DNA from: Eledone cirrhosa
Lineage: Eukaryota
DNA length: 64,000 nt
Assembly (NCBI GenBank): GCA_964016885.1
Contig: OZ024757.1
Coordinates: 24,614,001 to 24,678,000 of the forward strand
Direction of reading: 5' to 3'
In this document: positions 1-11,925 of the stretch, piece after piece
Numbering within the stretch: position 1 is the stretch's first letter
Layout of the letters: each line of letters begins with the position of its first letter
The notes under the pieces: generated by a model
Seen by the model: only the letters and a program-made list of their open reading frames with translations
What the model was told of the DNA's origin: nothing
Databases searched by the model: none
Translations under genes and position numbers: made by a program

Positions 1-176
1 CCTGACATACATATATACACACATACAGATATACATACATACATATATATATACATACATACAGATGTACATACATACAGATATACATACATATATAATA
101 CTTACACATACATATACACATATATACATACATAGATACATACATACACACATATATACATACATACACACATACA

Positions 177-597
177 GGCCATTGCATGATATACCATTAT
201 TAATAATTATTAATTAATTCTATTGTGCAATGCCTGTGCGTGAAGATATTTTTTAAAGTGAGGTAAGACTGTGCACTGAGCCAATCCCACTCTCTGAGCG
301 ACAGTAGCTATAACCCGAAAAGAAGAAAAGATCAACATCATCGGTAACTACTGAGCCCCAGGTTTTATATCTGAGTTATCTCAGTTTCCTGAGTTGCCTT
401 CTCCTAGAAGAATACGCTGACAAAGGCTAGGGGTCCTTCACTCCTAGTGGTTTAACCGCGCGATCAGGTGTCCAGCCCGACTATTTCTATGTCCCCGCGC
501 ATATACATACACATACACCCATGTATATACACATATACATACAAATGTACATGTCCATATACATATTTACACACTTTTGGATGGACGTTGACTCTTA
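177..597 (-). mobile_element. Partial copy of an unclassified ~620-bp interspersed element
   Basis: Reverse complement aligns by eye along its length with 47155-47578. Confidence 0.75.
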
Positions 598-741
598 TAT
601 ATATATAATACACACACACACAAATATATATATATATACACACATATACATACACATATACATACAATCATACACATATATATATATATATATATAATAC
701 ACACACAAATATATATATATATATATACACATATACATACA

Positions 742-776
<35 letters not shown>

Positions 777-869
777 CACACACACACACAAATATATATA
801 TATATATACATATACATACAATCATATATATATATATATAATACATACACACATATACACAGACAGACA

Positions 870-1057
870 GAGTGGCAGTATCGGTAGAGTGTCGGACACC
901 ATGCTTTGAAGCATGGAGTTACGTCCCTTTACGGTCTGAGTTCAAATCCCACCGAGGTTAACTTTGCCTTTCATCTTTATGGGGTCGATAAAATAAAGTA
1001 CCAGTAATACACTGGGATAATTGCTGGCCTTGTGCCAAAAGTAGAAACAATTATTAT
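870..1057 (+). mobile_element. tRNA-derived SINE family A
   Basis: A-box-like tggcagtatcggtag, B-box gagttcaaatccc, body ggtcgataaaataaagtaccag and (ATT)n tail; more than 15 copies in the window. Confidence 0.85.
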
Positions 1058-1097
1058 ATACCACTGAGACAGAACTGTTCTTTGTTCTGTCTTAATC

Positions 1098-3010
1098 TGT
1101 CTGTCTGTCTGTGTGTGAGTGTCTGACTGAGTCTGTATGTCTGTCTGTGTGTCTGTCTGTCTGTGTGTGAGTGTCTGACTGAGTCTGTATGTCTGTCTGT
1201 GTGTCTGTGTGTGAGTGTCTGACTGAGTCTGTATGTCTGTCTGTGTGTGTGTCTGTCTGTGTGTGAGTGTCTGACTGAGTCTGTATGTCTGTCTGTGTGT
1301 GTGTCTGTCTGTGTGTGAGTGTCTGACTGAGTCTGTATGTCTGTCTGTGTGTGTGTCTGTCTGTGTGTGAGTGTCTGACTGAGTCTGTATGTCTGTCTGT
1401 GTGTGTGTGTCTGTCTGTGTGTGTCTGTCTGTGTGTGTGTGTGTCTGTCTGTGTCTCTGTCTGTCTGTGTGTGAGTGTCTGACTGAGTCTGTATGTCTGT
1501 CTGTGTGTCTGTCTGTGTGTGAGTGTCTGACTGAGTCTGTATGTCTGTCTGTGTGTGTGTGTCTGTCTGTGTGTGTGTCTGTGTGTGTGTCTGTCTGTGT
1601 GTCTGTCTGTCTGTGTGTGAGTGTCTGACTGAGTCTGTATGTCTGTCTGTGTGTGTGTCTGTCTGTGTGTGAGTGTCTGACTGAGTCTGTATGTCTGTCT
1701 GTATGTCTGTCTGTCTGTGTGTGAGTGTCTGACTGAGTCTGTATGTCTGTCTGTGTGTGTGTCTGTCTGTGTGTGAGTGTCTGACTGAGTCTGTATGTCT
1801 GTCTGTCTGTCTGTGTCTGTCTGTGTGTGATCGTCTGACTGAGTCTGTCTGTCTGTCTGTGTGTGAGTGTCTGACTGAGTCTGTATGTCTGTCTGTGTGT
1901 GTGTCTGTCTGTGTGTGAGTGTCTGACTGAGTCTGTATGTCTGTCTGTGTGTCTGTCTGTCTGTGTGTGAGTGTCTGACTGAGTCTGTATGTCTGTCTCT
2001 GTGTGTGTCTGTCTGTGTGTGAGTGTCTGACTGAGTCTGTATGTCTGTCTGTCTGTCTGTGTCTGTCTGTGTGTGATCGTCTGACTGAGTCTGTCTGTCT
2101 GTCTGTGTGTGAGTGTCTGACTGAGTCTGTATGTCTGTCTGTGTGTGTGTCTGTCTGTGTGTGAGTGTCTGACTGAGTCTGTATGTCTGTCTGTCTGTGT
2201 CTGTCTGTGTGTGATCGTCTGACTGAATCTGTCTGTCTGTCTGTGTGTGAGTGTCTGACTGAGTCTGTATGTCTGTCTGTGTGTCTGTCTGTCTGTGTGT
2301 GAGTGTCTGACTGAGTCTGTATGTCTGTCTGTGTGAGTGTCTGTCTGTGTGTGAGTGTCTGACTGAGTCTGTATGTATGTCTGTCTGTCTGTGTGTCTGT
2401 CTGTCTGTGTGTGAGTGTCTGACTGAGTCTGTATGTCTGTGTGTGTGTCTGTCTGTGTGTGAGTGTCTGACTGAGTTTGTATGTCTGTCTGTCTTTCTGT
2501 GTCTGTCTGTGTGTGAGTGTCTGACTGAGTCTGTCTGTCTGTCTGTGTGTGAGTGTCTGACTGAGTCTGTCTGTCTGTCTGTGTGTGAGTGTCTGACTGA
2601 GTCTGTCTGTCTGTCTGTCTGTGAGTGTTTGACTGAGTCTGTATGTCTGTCTGTCTGTGTGTCTGTGTGTATCTATCTGACTGAGTCTGTATGTGTGTGT
2701 TCCTGTGTGTGTGTGTGTGTGTCTGTGTGTCTATCTTTGTTTGTGTGTCTGTTTATGTCTGTCTGTCTGTGTGTCTGCCTGACTGAGTTGTGTGTCTGTT
2801 TATCTGTCTGTCTCTGTGTGCCTGACTATCTGCTTCTGTGTGTATCTGTCTGTGTGTCTGTTTATCTGTGCGTCTGTCTGAGTCTGTGTGTCTATCTCAG
2901 TCTGTGTGTCTGTCTATCTGTGTGTCTGAGTCATATGTCTGTCCCTCTTTGTTTCCATGTGTCAGTATGTGTCTGCCTGTCTGTCCCCCTATGCCTGTCT
3001 GTGTGTCTGT
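1098..3010. repeat. Compound (TG/TC) minisatellite, unit about 36-44 bp
   Basis: Recurring core gagtgtctgactgagtctgtatgtctgtctgtgtgt, degenerating toward the right end. Confidence 0.95.
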
Positions 3011-3068
3011 CAACAAACGAGGAGGCCATGTGAGACATAAGACCTTCACCTCTTCTCTCCATTAACAG

Positions 3069-3262
3069 ATTACGCCTCAAACTCAGCGTTTCATTACGTC
3101 GACAGATCTTCAAACCACAGACAGAATGACAGTGTAGCAGCGTTGATGCAAACTCCAAAGCCAAGTTCCGCTCCAGCTCCGGCCCGACATGAACAAAATC
3201 CCAGCCAACCTCCAGACAACTGTAAAGACTATCGGGAAAACTCTAGGCAAAAGGAACAGTAA
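3069..3262 (+). CDS. Putative terminal coding exon of a gene starting upstream (xYASNSAFHYVDRSSNHRQNDSVAALMQTPKPSSAPAPARHEQNPSQPPDNCKDYRENSRQKEQ*)
   Basis: Polypyrimidine acceptor cttctctccattaacag ends at 3068; only the phase-1 frame stays open, to TAA 3260-3262; AATAAA at 3267-3272. Confidence 0.6.
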
Positions 3263-3457
3263 TGTCAATAAAGATTTTCTATTTTGTAGGGGTGGGAATA
3301 CTGACAGGGCATGAGGAGAATGTGTGTGGCCCAGTGGGACTCATGATCATAAAATCACAGGTTCAATTCCTGGATTGAGTGGCAGATTATGGTTTTTGAA
3401 CAAAATGCTTCCCTTTATATTGCTTTTTATGATAGGACTGGGGGCCTCTGTAATTAA

Positions 3458-3676
3458 CCCTTTAGCATTTAGCTGGCTATATCCGTCCAGAATTCTCTCA
3501 CCTGTTTCTGTTCAAACTGGCTGTAATTGGCCGCTCATACCCACATTAAGGAATTTTTTTCAAAATAAATAATATCAAAATCTCGTAGATTCGATATTAT
3601 GTGAGATAATTGTGTAAGATAAAGCCTTTACTGTGAAAATACAATATAGATATAAAACAATGTAAATGCTAAAGGG
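3458..3676. mobile_element. piggyBac-type MITE
   Basis: TTAA on both sides, TIR ccctttagcattt...aaatgctaaaggg; empty-site paralog at about 3757-3840. Confidence 0.85.
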
Positions 3677-3857
3677 TTAAAACACCCAAGAAACCTCCTA
3701 TAAGCTCATAGAAGGCTAGCCAAACCTGCATATGTGTCAGCTGTAACATCAACAACATGATAGGACTGGGGACCCCTATTATTAAAACACCCAAGAAACC
3801 TCTTATGATTCAACCTGGCAGGAGGCCAGCTAAACCTACACACACATATGCATATAT

Positions 3858-4035
3858 ACAAAGGTCAACTGAAAAGTTCATAGGCTGACCAAATGAGGTT
3901 TATTTTTCAACATAGTCGCAGGAAAGAAACAATGTTGTTATTAGTAAGAAGAGTTGGAATTAATGCATGCAAGATTTCACAACTCTAGCATCAACTCCTT
4001 CATAGTCAGGCTATGAACTTTTCAGCCGACCCTCA
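3858..4035. mobile_element. mariner-type MITE
   Basis: Imperfect TIRs ggtcaactgaaaagttcataggctgac / gtcaggctatgaacttttcagccgacc; related copy at 42510-42690. Confidence 0.65.
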
Positions 4036-4981
4036 TATATTTTCAGCAGACACACAGACATATTTTTTATATATATTAAAGCAAAGAATCACTGCTAAGA
4101 TCCCATTAAGTGTGAAAGCAGCGATTCTTTGCTTAAACTTTAATGTTATTTTAATAGATATTTGCTCTACGGTTTATCATACATTTTTATATATATATAT
4201 TATCCTTATCGAGCCCTCTTCGGATTTTAGTCTTCACATTTATTATTGTTACTATATATATATGTGTGTGCGTGTATGTGTGTGTGTGTGTACATATATA
4301 TAAATTCAGGCTTATTTAGTACAATTATGTAACCACTTTGTGCATCACCTGGGATAAAATAAGTTTCTCTGTATTTCATTAAAAACCTTTTGTTTTAAAT
4401 CTCTTCAATTTCTTTCCTGTATTGACTAAGATTCTTATAGTCTTTGGGCCTTTCATCATCCAAATCCCCAATTAATGTCTTGGCACTGCTTTAGTGTTAT
4501 CTGGCAACATTGAAATTGAAACAGACGTAGACATTAATAAAATGATTTGAAGTACCTCTTTGGTTGTCAATTATTAATATTTAGTAGCAAAAAAACCACC
4601 CCTCGGGTGGTTTTCTGCTAACATGTATAGTGTGTATATTGATATTATACACAGGTATATATACATGTAGATATGATACATCAAATAAAATCGTAATTGA
4701 CAATATACACAGAAATTGAACGAAGACTGTGTTACACTGTCTTAAGTAATCAGTAACGTAATCCACGATACATGAAAAAAAAGATGATATTATATATAAA
4801 CTGCATTAGGAGAAAATTAGTGACGGAAATATATGAATATTTATTTAAGCGATCGCTAACCAGAAGTGTTGACGTTTGAAAATTTTAAAGAAGTGAATCT
4901 TTAAATAAACAGTAAAATATCTTTAATCAACAGCTACGAAATTTAGTAGATAAATTATGTAATATTCATTCATTATTTATT

Positions 4982-5168
4982 CGTGGATTGGCAGTATCGG
5001 TAGAGGGTCAGATGCCATGATTTGCAGCACAGTTACGCCCCTTTACGGTCCGAGTTCAAATCCCGCCAAGGTTAACTTTGCCTTTCATCCTTACGGAGTC
5101 GATAAAATAAAGTACCAGTAATGTACTGGGTAATTGCTGGCCTTGTGCCAAAAGTAGAAACAATTATT
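4982..5168 (+). mobile_element. SINE family A
   Basis: Same boxes, body and tail as 870-1057. Confidence 0.85.
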
Positions 5169-5324
5169 TATTCAAAGTAATCCAACTTATTTTACTAAAG
5201 GGATAAAAAATTGTAAACCGTACGCAGTCTTGCACTCCTTACTTTATCATAGTTTAGATAATGTGCACCAGCCCATCCTGCCATACATCTCCCACAAGTA
5301 CAAAGTATACATCCAGTGAAGCTC

Positions 5325-5575
5325 CCAGCCCACACTGTGAAGTGGTCACGATGGTGACATGACAAAAAGCACCCAGTCCACACTGTAAAGTGGTCGTGAT
5401 GGTGATATGACAAAAAGCACCCAGTCCACACTGTAAAGTGGTCGTGATGGTAACATGACAAAAAACACCCAGTCCACACTGTAAAGCGGTCGTGATGGTG
5501 ACATGACAAAATCACCGAGTCCACACTGTAAAGTGATCGTGATGGTGACACAACAAAAAGTACCCAGTCCACAGC
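5325..5575 (+). repeat. ~48-bp tandem repeat (5-6 units) from the RTE/SINE-B 3' region
   Basis: Unit cccagtccacactgtaaagtggtcgtgatggtgacatgacaaaaagca; followed by a gacgtaaaacggtgatgatg tail at about 5675-5693. Confidence 0.8.
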
Positions 5576-5691
5576 ATCCAGCTGAAGAAACTAAGCCTAA
5601 ATCAGTTCTGTATGACATGGTTACCTGACCTGGCATTGACCTATGACAGGACAACTTGTCTAGCCCAAAAATTGACGTAAAACGGTGATGA

Positions 5692-5729
<38 letters not shown>

Positions 5730-5731
<2 letters not shown>

Positions 5732-6420
5732 TCGCATATATGTTATAGAATGCCGTTAGCTTCTTGCTAAAACAATCTCTATACCTCTCATTTATATTTA
5801 TACTCGGATTCTTTTCCTAGAGTGCTTAAACTATCTGTGACTAATCCCGGTTTTTTTCATAAAAACTGTGATAATATTGCTATTTTGCTGAACTCCTTTG
5901 TAGAGTTTTTTTCAGAATGTATTTGACTGCTATTTCTTGTAAATAAACATTCACTTCCATCCTGACGTCACTAGCCCCGTTTTTTCCTCATGTGCTTTTT
6001 CATAAATACACATGAAGGCGAACTAGCCAGTTTTAGAATTCCCTTTTTCGGATTATATTACTGTGAGAGCCCTGGTTTTCTGTTGAGCTCTGCTGATGAT
6101 TGAAATTCCAACCGTGACCATCTCCACTGAAAGTTTTCATGAAATAGTCTTTTAAGACTATACAGAGCATTTGATGTTATTCCAAATTGAAGGATAAGTG
6201 TTTCAAACTTTATTTTATCATGAGTTAAAGGTCTATAGATTTTCCCTGGATTTTACTAAATTCTGTGGATGAATTTATATCCTGATTCTCTTTTGAGATG
6301 AGTTTGAGTTATTTTTCCTAAATCTTTCGTTAACTACTTTTCCCATCTTGACGTTATAGTCGCATATATGTTATAGAATGCCATTAGCTTCTTGCTAAAA
6401 CAATCTCTATACCTCTCATT

Positions 6421-6425
<5 letters not shown>
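5730..6425. mobile_element. ~700-bp element bounded by ~65-bp direct repeats (possibly PLE pLTR-derived)
   Basis: agtcgcatatatgttatagaatgcc...ctctcatt at 5730 and 6358; flanked by (TA)n; diverged inverted relative at 43785-44605. Confidence 0.6.
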
Positions 6426-6456
<31 letters not shown>

Positions 6457-6741
6457 AAGAGAGGGGGGGGGGAATGGACAGACTGAGGTCGATAGAAAAA
6501 AGTACCAGTCCAATACTGGGGTAGATTTTTTCTCTATATCTCTTTCTCACTTCCTCTCTCTCCTTCTATGGAAGAGAAATCAGTTGTATTCAGACCTGGG
6601 GAGCGGATGAACTCCACCACGTTTACAAGGTTCATGACACTCTGTTTGTCACGCTGGTGCCCCTACCTTTCTCTTAGGTGTTACGGTGAGAAAATGAGAA
6701 ACTATTATGTTAGAAATAATTATTATTGTACCTAATATTAA

Positions 6742-6772
<31 letters not shown>

Positions 6773-6789
6773 GGTGGTGGTGGTGTTGG

Positions 6790-7920
6790 TGTTTGGCAGT
6801 ATCGGTAGAGCATTAGATAACACGCTTTGTGTCATATAGTTACGTCGCTTTAACTTCTAAGTTCAAATCCCATGAAGGTTAAGCTCTGCCTTTTATCCTT
6901 ACAGCGTCGATAAAATAACGCACTGGGTTTGATTTAATTGACTTTCCTCTCCCGCAAAATTGTGCCTAAATCACAAACCATTATTATTATTGTATCTGAG
7001 GGTAAGGGTGGTGGATTGGCAGTATCGGTAGCGGGTCGGACCCCATGCTTTGATGTATAGAGTTACGGCCCTTGCCATTCTGAGTTCAAATCCCGCCAAG
7101 GTCAACTTTGCTTTTCATCCTTACGGGGGTCGATAAAATAAAGTACCAGTAATACACTGGGATAATTGCTGGCCTTGTGCCAAAAGTAGAAACAATTATT
7201 GTATCTGAGGGTCGCGGGTTCAAGTCCCTCTGTGGGCGAAGCAGTTTTTTTAGTGCGGTGAATTGACAGTATCGGTAGAGGGTCAGACGCCATGCTTTGA
7301 CGCATAGAGTTACGGCCCTTGCCATTCTGAGTTCAAATCCCGTTGAGGTCAACTTTGCCTTTTATCCTTACGGGGTCGATAAAATAAAGTACCAGTAATA
7401 CACTGGGATAATTGCTGGCCTTGTGCCTATTGTAGAAACAATTATTATTATTATTGTTAAGTGGGCAACAGATTGGCAGTGCCAGTAGAGCGTCGGACAC
7501 CATGCTTTGCAGCATAGAGTTACGGCCCTTTACATTCTGTGTTCAAATCCTGCCAAGGTTAACTTTACCTTTCATTTTTATGGAGTCAATAAAATAAAGT
7601 ACCAGTAATAAACTAGGGTCGATTTAATTAATTTTGCCCTCTCCCAAAATTGTTGCCCTTGTGCCTAAATCACAAACCATTATTATTATTATTATAGAGA
7701 GTAGTGGACTGGCAGTATCGATAGAGCATCGGACAACATGCTTTGTGGCATAGAGTTTCGTCCCTTTACATTTTAAGTTCAAATCTTGCTGCGATTAACT
7801 TTGCCTTTCATTCTTACGGAGTCAATAAAATAAAGTACCAGTAATACACTGGTTTTGATTTAATTAACTTTCCTCTCTCCCAAAATTGTTGGACTTGTTT
7901 CCGAAGTACAAAGAATTATT
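6790..7920 (+). mobile_element. Cluster of five head-to-tail SINE family A copies
   Basis: Copies at about 6790-6990, 7004-7200, 7254-7450, 7463-7692 and 7700-7920, all on +. Confidence 0.85.
7204..7251 (+). pseudogene. 3' half of a tRNA (Lys-like) followed by a pol III T-run
   Basis: tctgagggtcgcgggttcaagtccctctgtgggcg resembles the 3' half of metazoan tRNA-Lys(UUU), followed by aagcagttttttt; the 5' half is absent. Confidence 0.55.
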
Positions 7921-7962
7921 TTAAATGTTGTTGTTGTTTACCTTTTATGTTTTTGTTTCAGC

Positions 7963-8523
7963 ATGAAACCTTTTAAAATGGGACTTGAAACAACCAACCA
8001 ACAACACCAACAACAACAACAACAACACCACCACCACCACCACCACTACCACCTCCAGCAGCAGCAACAACAACAACAACAACAACAGCAGCATCAAAAA
8101 AAGAAATTATTTGGAAGCCATCAGAGAAAGGAGAATTCTGAGAGAATCTTGCAGGGTGTCATATCTGACACTAACTCAAATGTCACTCGACAGGAGCAGA
8201 TAAATATGACTCATGCTGCCAAGAGGGCGCTGAACGCTGAAATATCCATGGTGGCAGCAGCAGCAGCTAAGTACCAACACCACCAACAATACCAACAACA
8301 ACAACAACAACAACAAAGAATGTTACAGGAGAGAAAAGGTAATGTTGTGGTGAAACCAGCTTCAACATTATGGAATAATAATAATAATAATAATGACAAT
8401 AATAATAATAATAATAATAATAATAGTCAGCGGCAAGTTCGGGTGGTGGAGTGTGTCCATAAAAAGTATCAGCAACAGGCTGAAGCCAATGTGACCCCTT
8501 TAGATGAAGATCAGAAAAAACAG
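7963..8523 (+). CDS. Coding exon of an uncharacterised Q/H/N-rich protein
   Basis: Acceptor tttttgtttcag ends at 7961, ATG at 7963, open frame, phase-0 donor cag|gtgatt at 8523/8524. Confidence 0.75.
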
Positions 8524-8557
8524 GTGATTATATGTCAACTTCTTTTTCCATCTTTAA

Positions 8558-8778
8558 CCCTTTAGCATTTAAACCAGTCATATCCGGCCAGAATTCTCTC
8601 ACCTCTTTCTGTTCAGACCAGCCGTAACTGGCTGCTCATACTAATGTTAAGGTATTGTTCTCAAAATAAATAATATCAAAATCTCATAGATTCGATTCTA
8701 TGTGAGATAATTATGTGAGGTAAAGCCTTTACCGTGAAAATATAATAGTATATGTAGAGTAATGTGAATGCTAAAGGG
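8558..8778. mobile_element. piggyBac-type MITE (intronic)
   Basis: TTAA flanks and ccctttagcatt TIRs; same family as 3458-3676. Confidence 0.85.
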
Positions 8779-8837
8779 TTAAGGGTCTTCTCCCTATTTT
8801 ATAATATTTTATAGCATCTCCACACATAAGTACATCA

Positions 8838-8874
<37 letters not shown>

Positions 8875-8889
8875 AGTGTAATGCGGAGT

Positions 8890-8950
<61 letters not shown>

Positions 8951-9038
8951 GTAAAAGTAATAACAAAAATAACAAATCAAATGGCACAGTACAAGGAAGA
9001 AATATATTAGTATAACGCTTGAAATAGCAGGAAGAGAG

Positions 9039-9074
9039 TCATAACGTTTCGGACACTAGTCCTTCATCAGAAGA
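9039..9074 (-). ncRNA. Minimal type I hammerhead ribozyme motif
   Basis: tctt CTGATGA a ggac-tagt-gtcc GAAA cg TT atga: intact core, 4-bp stem II, palindromic ACGU stem III. Confidence 0.7.
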
Positions 9075-10117
9075 TAGAGTTAGAAATAGAAAATAAATAG
9101 AAAAGAATGAGTGATGAGAGGAAGGAATAAGGAAAATGAGAAAAAAAAACTCACATGCATATCCAGTCATATATTATAAACAAAGTTTCATACACTTAAC
9201 ATGTATGTGTGACCATTGGTTTCGGGGTCCAATTATGGCCACCACTGTATATTGGAGGAGGCACTTTTAAACTGGTGCTTCTTCAGGCATGTGGACAGAT
9301 ATATGAAAGGGATTTTATTCAGAATATTTAGAAGTTTTACCTTTAAAGTTGTAAATGAATTGCTGAGACAAAGTATACACATCTGTATCATGGTTACAAG
9401 CTGAAAAGATGATGTTGTTCACGTGCTCAGCTTTTTTTTTCCGTCTGTCTGTCCGTCACACAATGTGTGTTTGTGTGCGTGTGTGTGTGTTTTAAAAGAA
9501 AGGAAGGGGATGGTGAAAAATCTATAATAAAACAGTGGCTGGCATTCCATTTGCTACGATGTGTGTCAGTGTATGTGTGTGTTTGTGAAAATGTATATAC
9601 ATTTGTATGAATGTATGTCTATAAGTGTGTCTGTGTTTGCGTGTTTATATTTATATACTCATGCACATAAATATATGCATATGCACATATACATCTACAC
9701 ACATATACACATATGTGTCAGCATGTTGAAAAAAATCCTAGTAAAATAAAATTGCCTTTTTGCCATTTGCTCATATACGCATGCTTTGGAAATGATGGGC
9801 TGTCATTCTTTGAGCAAGAAAATCACAGAAAATTTAATTTGCTCGGGCCAACTAGTAATAATAATAAAGAGAAACATTAGTGCCTGCAGTTCTGTTTACA
9901 TGCCAACACATGAGCAAGAATGACGGGTCATTCTACTGACATGGCTTTAAAGAGGCTGTTTGTATAATTACAAACAATTCGAATATTATTATTAATATTC
10001 GAAAAACTCAGATTACATTTATTGTATTCAGCCATGTTAGTAATATATATATATATTATTATTGTATTCAGGTATTTGTTATATATATATATATATATAT
10101 ATATATTCTTTCTGCAG

Positions 10118-10342
10118 CTATGCCGTTATCAGAAAAGTCAGCGACATTGGGCAAACATTCACCATAAGCTGTTGCAAAATGAAAGTATGAAGGAGCAGAA
10201 GTTCAAAGAATCACAGAGAAACCAACTACGACAGATTGAACATTTCAGACATCTTGAAGAAGTAAACCAGAAGAAGAAACACAAGAACTGCATGCAGAAG
10301 GAACAGCAATTGGCACTTTATCGTTCCAAGATCTTATCTTAG
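10118..10342 (+). CDS. Terminal coding exon of the same gene (LCRYQKSQRHWANIHHKLLQ...YRSKILS*), charged and possibly coiled-coil
   Basis: Acceptor ttctttctgcag ends at 10117; phase 0 matches the 8523 donor; stop TAG 10340-10342. Confidence 0.75.
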   Translation, partial: LCRYQKSQRHWANIHHKLLQNESMKEQKFKESQRNQLRQIEHFRHLEEVNQKKKHKNCMQKEQQLALYRSKILS

Positions 10343-10400
10343 TTCTTTGGTGGTGGAGGAATCTGTTGGTTTTTGTGTGTGTGGTCAAATTTAACACAAG

Positions 10401-11925
10401 CACGGCTGGTACTACCATTGAGCTAATTAAGCAGTCAGCTACCTAGGGCACATACTTCAGAGAAGGGGGTGCCAACAAGATCAATTTGGCAACCACCTAG
10501 GGCACAGACCTCAGAGGCATGTTACTGAACTTTGATTAGAGCTTTTTTTATACAAATTTGTTTAACTAAATCATCACCATCATCACTGTTTAACGTCTAT
10601 TTTCCATGCTTGCTTGGGTTAGATGGGTTGTCATGTTTTGAGACTAGACAGATCTGGTGACCACGTCATACTCATATGAAACATATTTGGCTTGGTTTTC
10701 TATGGTTGAATGCTCTTCCTCACACCAACTACCCTACATATGCCCTTCCTCACAGGGTGGACTGGGTTCTTTTTGCCGTGAAACCAGTTTGATCACCCTA
10801 ATTTATATAATAATTTCTTATAATCAATAAACTAATCACTATACATCTTTGCCATGTTGTGGAAATATCCAAAGTGGTCGTGAGGGCTGTATGGTGTTAT
10901 GACCTGTAAAATGATTTGGTATAGACGAGTGTGAACTGTGCAGTGGAAAATACAAGGTTAGTATTTTTCTTAGTGTGGTCAGAGCTAGAAGTGTCAAACG
11001 CTGGGTTCATAAGCTTACCAAACTGTAAGTTAAAATTAGTTTATTTGGGAGAATGGGGCGCATATTGTAGAGCCTTCCTAGGTTACTAAATAACCAAGTA
11101 CACTTTGTAGGGCTTGCCTAGGGTACTAAATACCCAAACACACATTGAAGAGCCTCCCTAGAGAACTAAATACCCAGATATACAATGTAGAGCTAGCCTA
11201 GGGTACTAAATACCCAGACACATTGTAGGGCTAGCCTAGGGTACTAAATACCCAGAGATACATTGTAGAACCTTCCTAGAGAACTAAATACCCAGTCTCA
11301 CATTTAGAGCTAGTCTAGGACATTAAATACCCAGGCTCACACTGTAGAACTAACCAATGTTGCTAAATACCCTGGCACACATTATATGTATAGCCTAGTA
11401 TTTAGCCTGAGTACTTTGCATGGTAAATACTCAGACACACATGGTAAAACTAACCTAAGGAGCTAAATACTCAGGCACACATTGTATGGATAGCTTAGAG
11501 TACTAAATACCCAGACACATTGTAGGGCTAGTCTACAGTGTTAAATATCTAGACACAGATTGTAGAGCTAATCTAGGATGCTAAATACTTAGTCACACAT
11601 TGTAGGGGTAGCCTAAGATGCTAAGTATCCAGCCACACACTGTAGAGCTAGCATAGGGTGCTCAATACCCAGGTACACATTGTAGAGCTAGCCTAGGGTA
11701 CCAAATATCCAGCCACACATTATATGTCTAGCGTAGGGTGCTCAATACCTAGGTACACATTGTAGAGCTAGCCTAGGGTACCAAATATCCAGCCACACAT
11801 TATATGTCTAGCATAGGGTGCTAAATACCCAGGTACACATTGTAGAGCTAGTCTAGGGTGTTAAATATCCAGCCACACATTATTGGGTCTGGCTTAGTGT
11901 GCTAAATACACAAGCACTGGCCCTG
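10401..11925. mobile_element. Old hAT-like non-autonomous element with an amplified internal repeat
   Basis: Ends cacggctggtact / agcactggccctg (9/13 inverted match); flanks aacacaag / agtacaag (6/8). Confidence 0.45.
11075..11910 (+). repeat. ~38-40 bp minisatellite (about 21 units)
   Basis: Unit cacattgtagagctagcctagggtactaaatacccaga, diverged. Confidence 0.9.

Noticed and set aside
870-1057. SINE heads as functional tRNA genes
   Set aside because: A and B boxes are present but there is no complete cloverleaf, and they continue into SINE body and tail.
4587-4618. Hairpin aaaaccacc-cctcg-ggtggtttt resembling a rho-independent terminator
   Set aside because: Eukaryotic repeat context; more likely a decayed repeat or ribozyme stem, and no intact hammerhead core is present.
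6679-6686. Possible 8-nt microexon (ctcttag|gtgttacg|gtgaga) upstream of the 7962 exon
   Set aside because: Splice signals are plausible, but there is no upstream exon or homology to support it.
11075-11910. CRISPR-like periodic array
   Set aside because: Units are contiguous diverged repeats without unique spacers; no cas genes; eukaryotic context.
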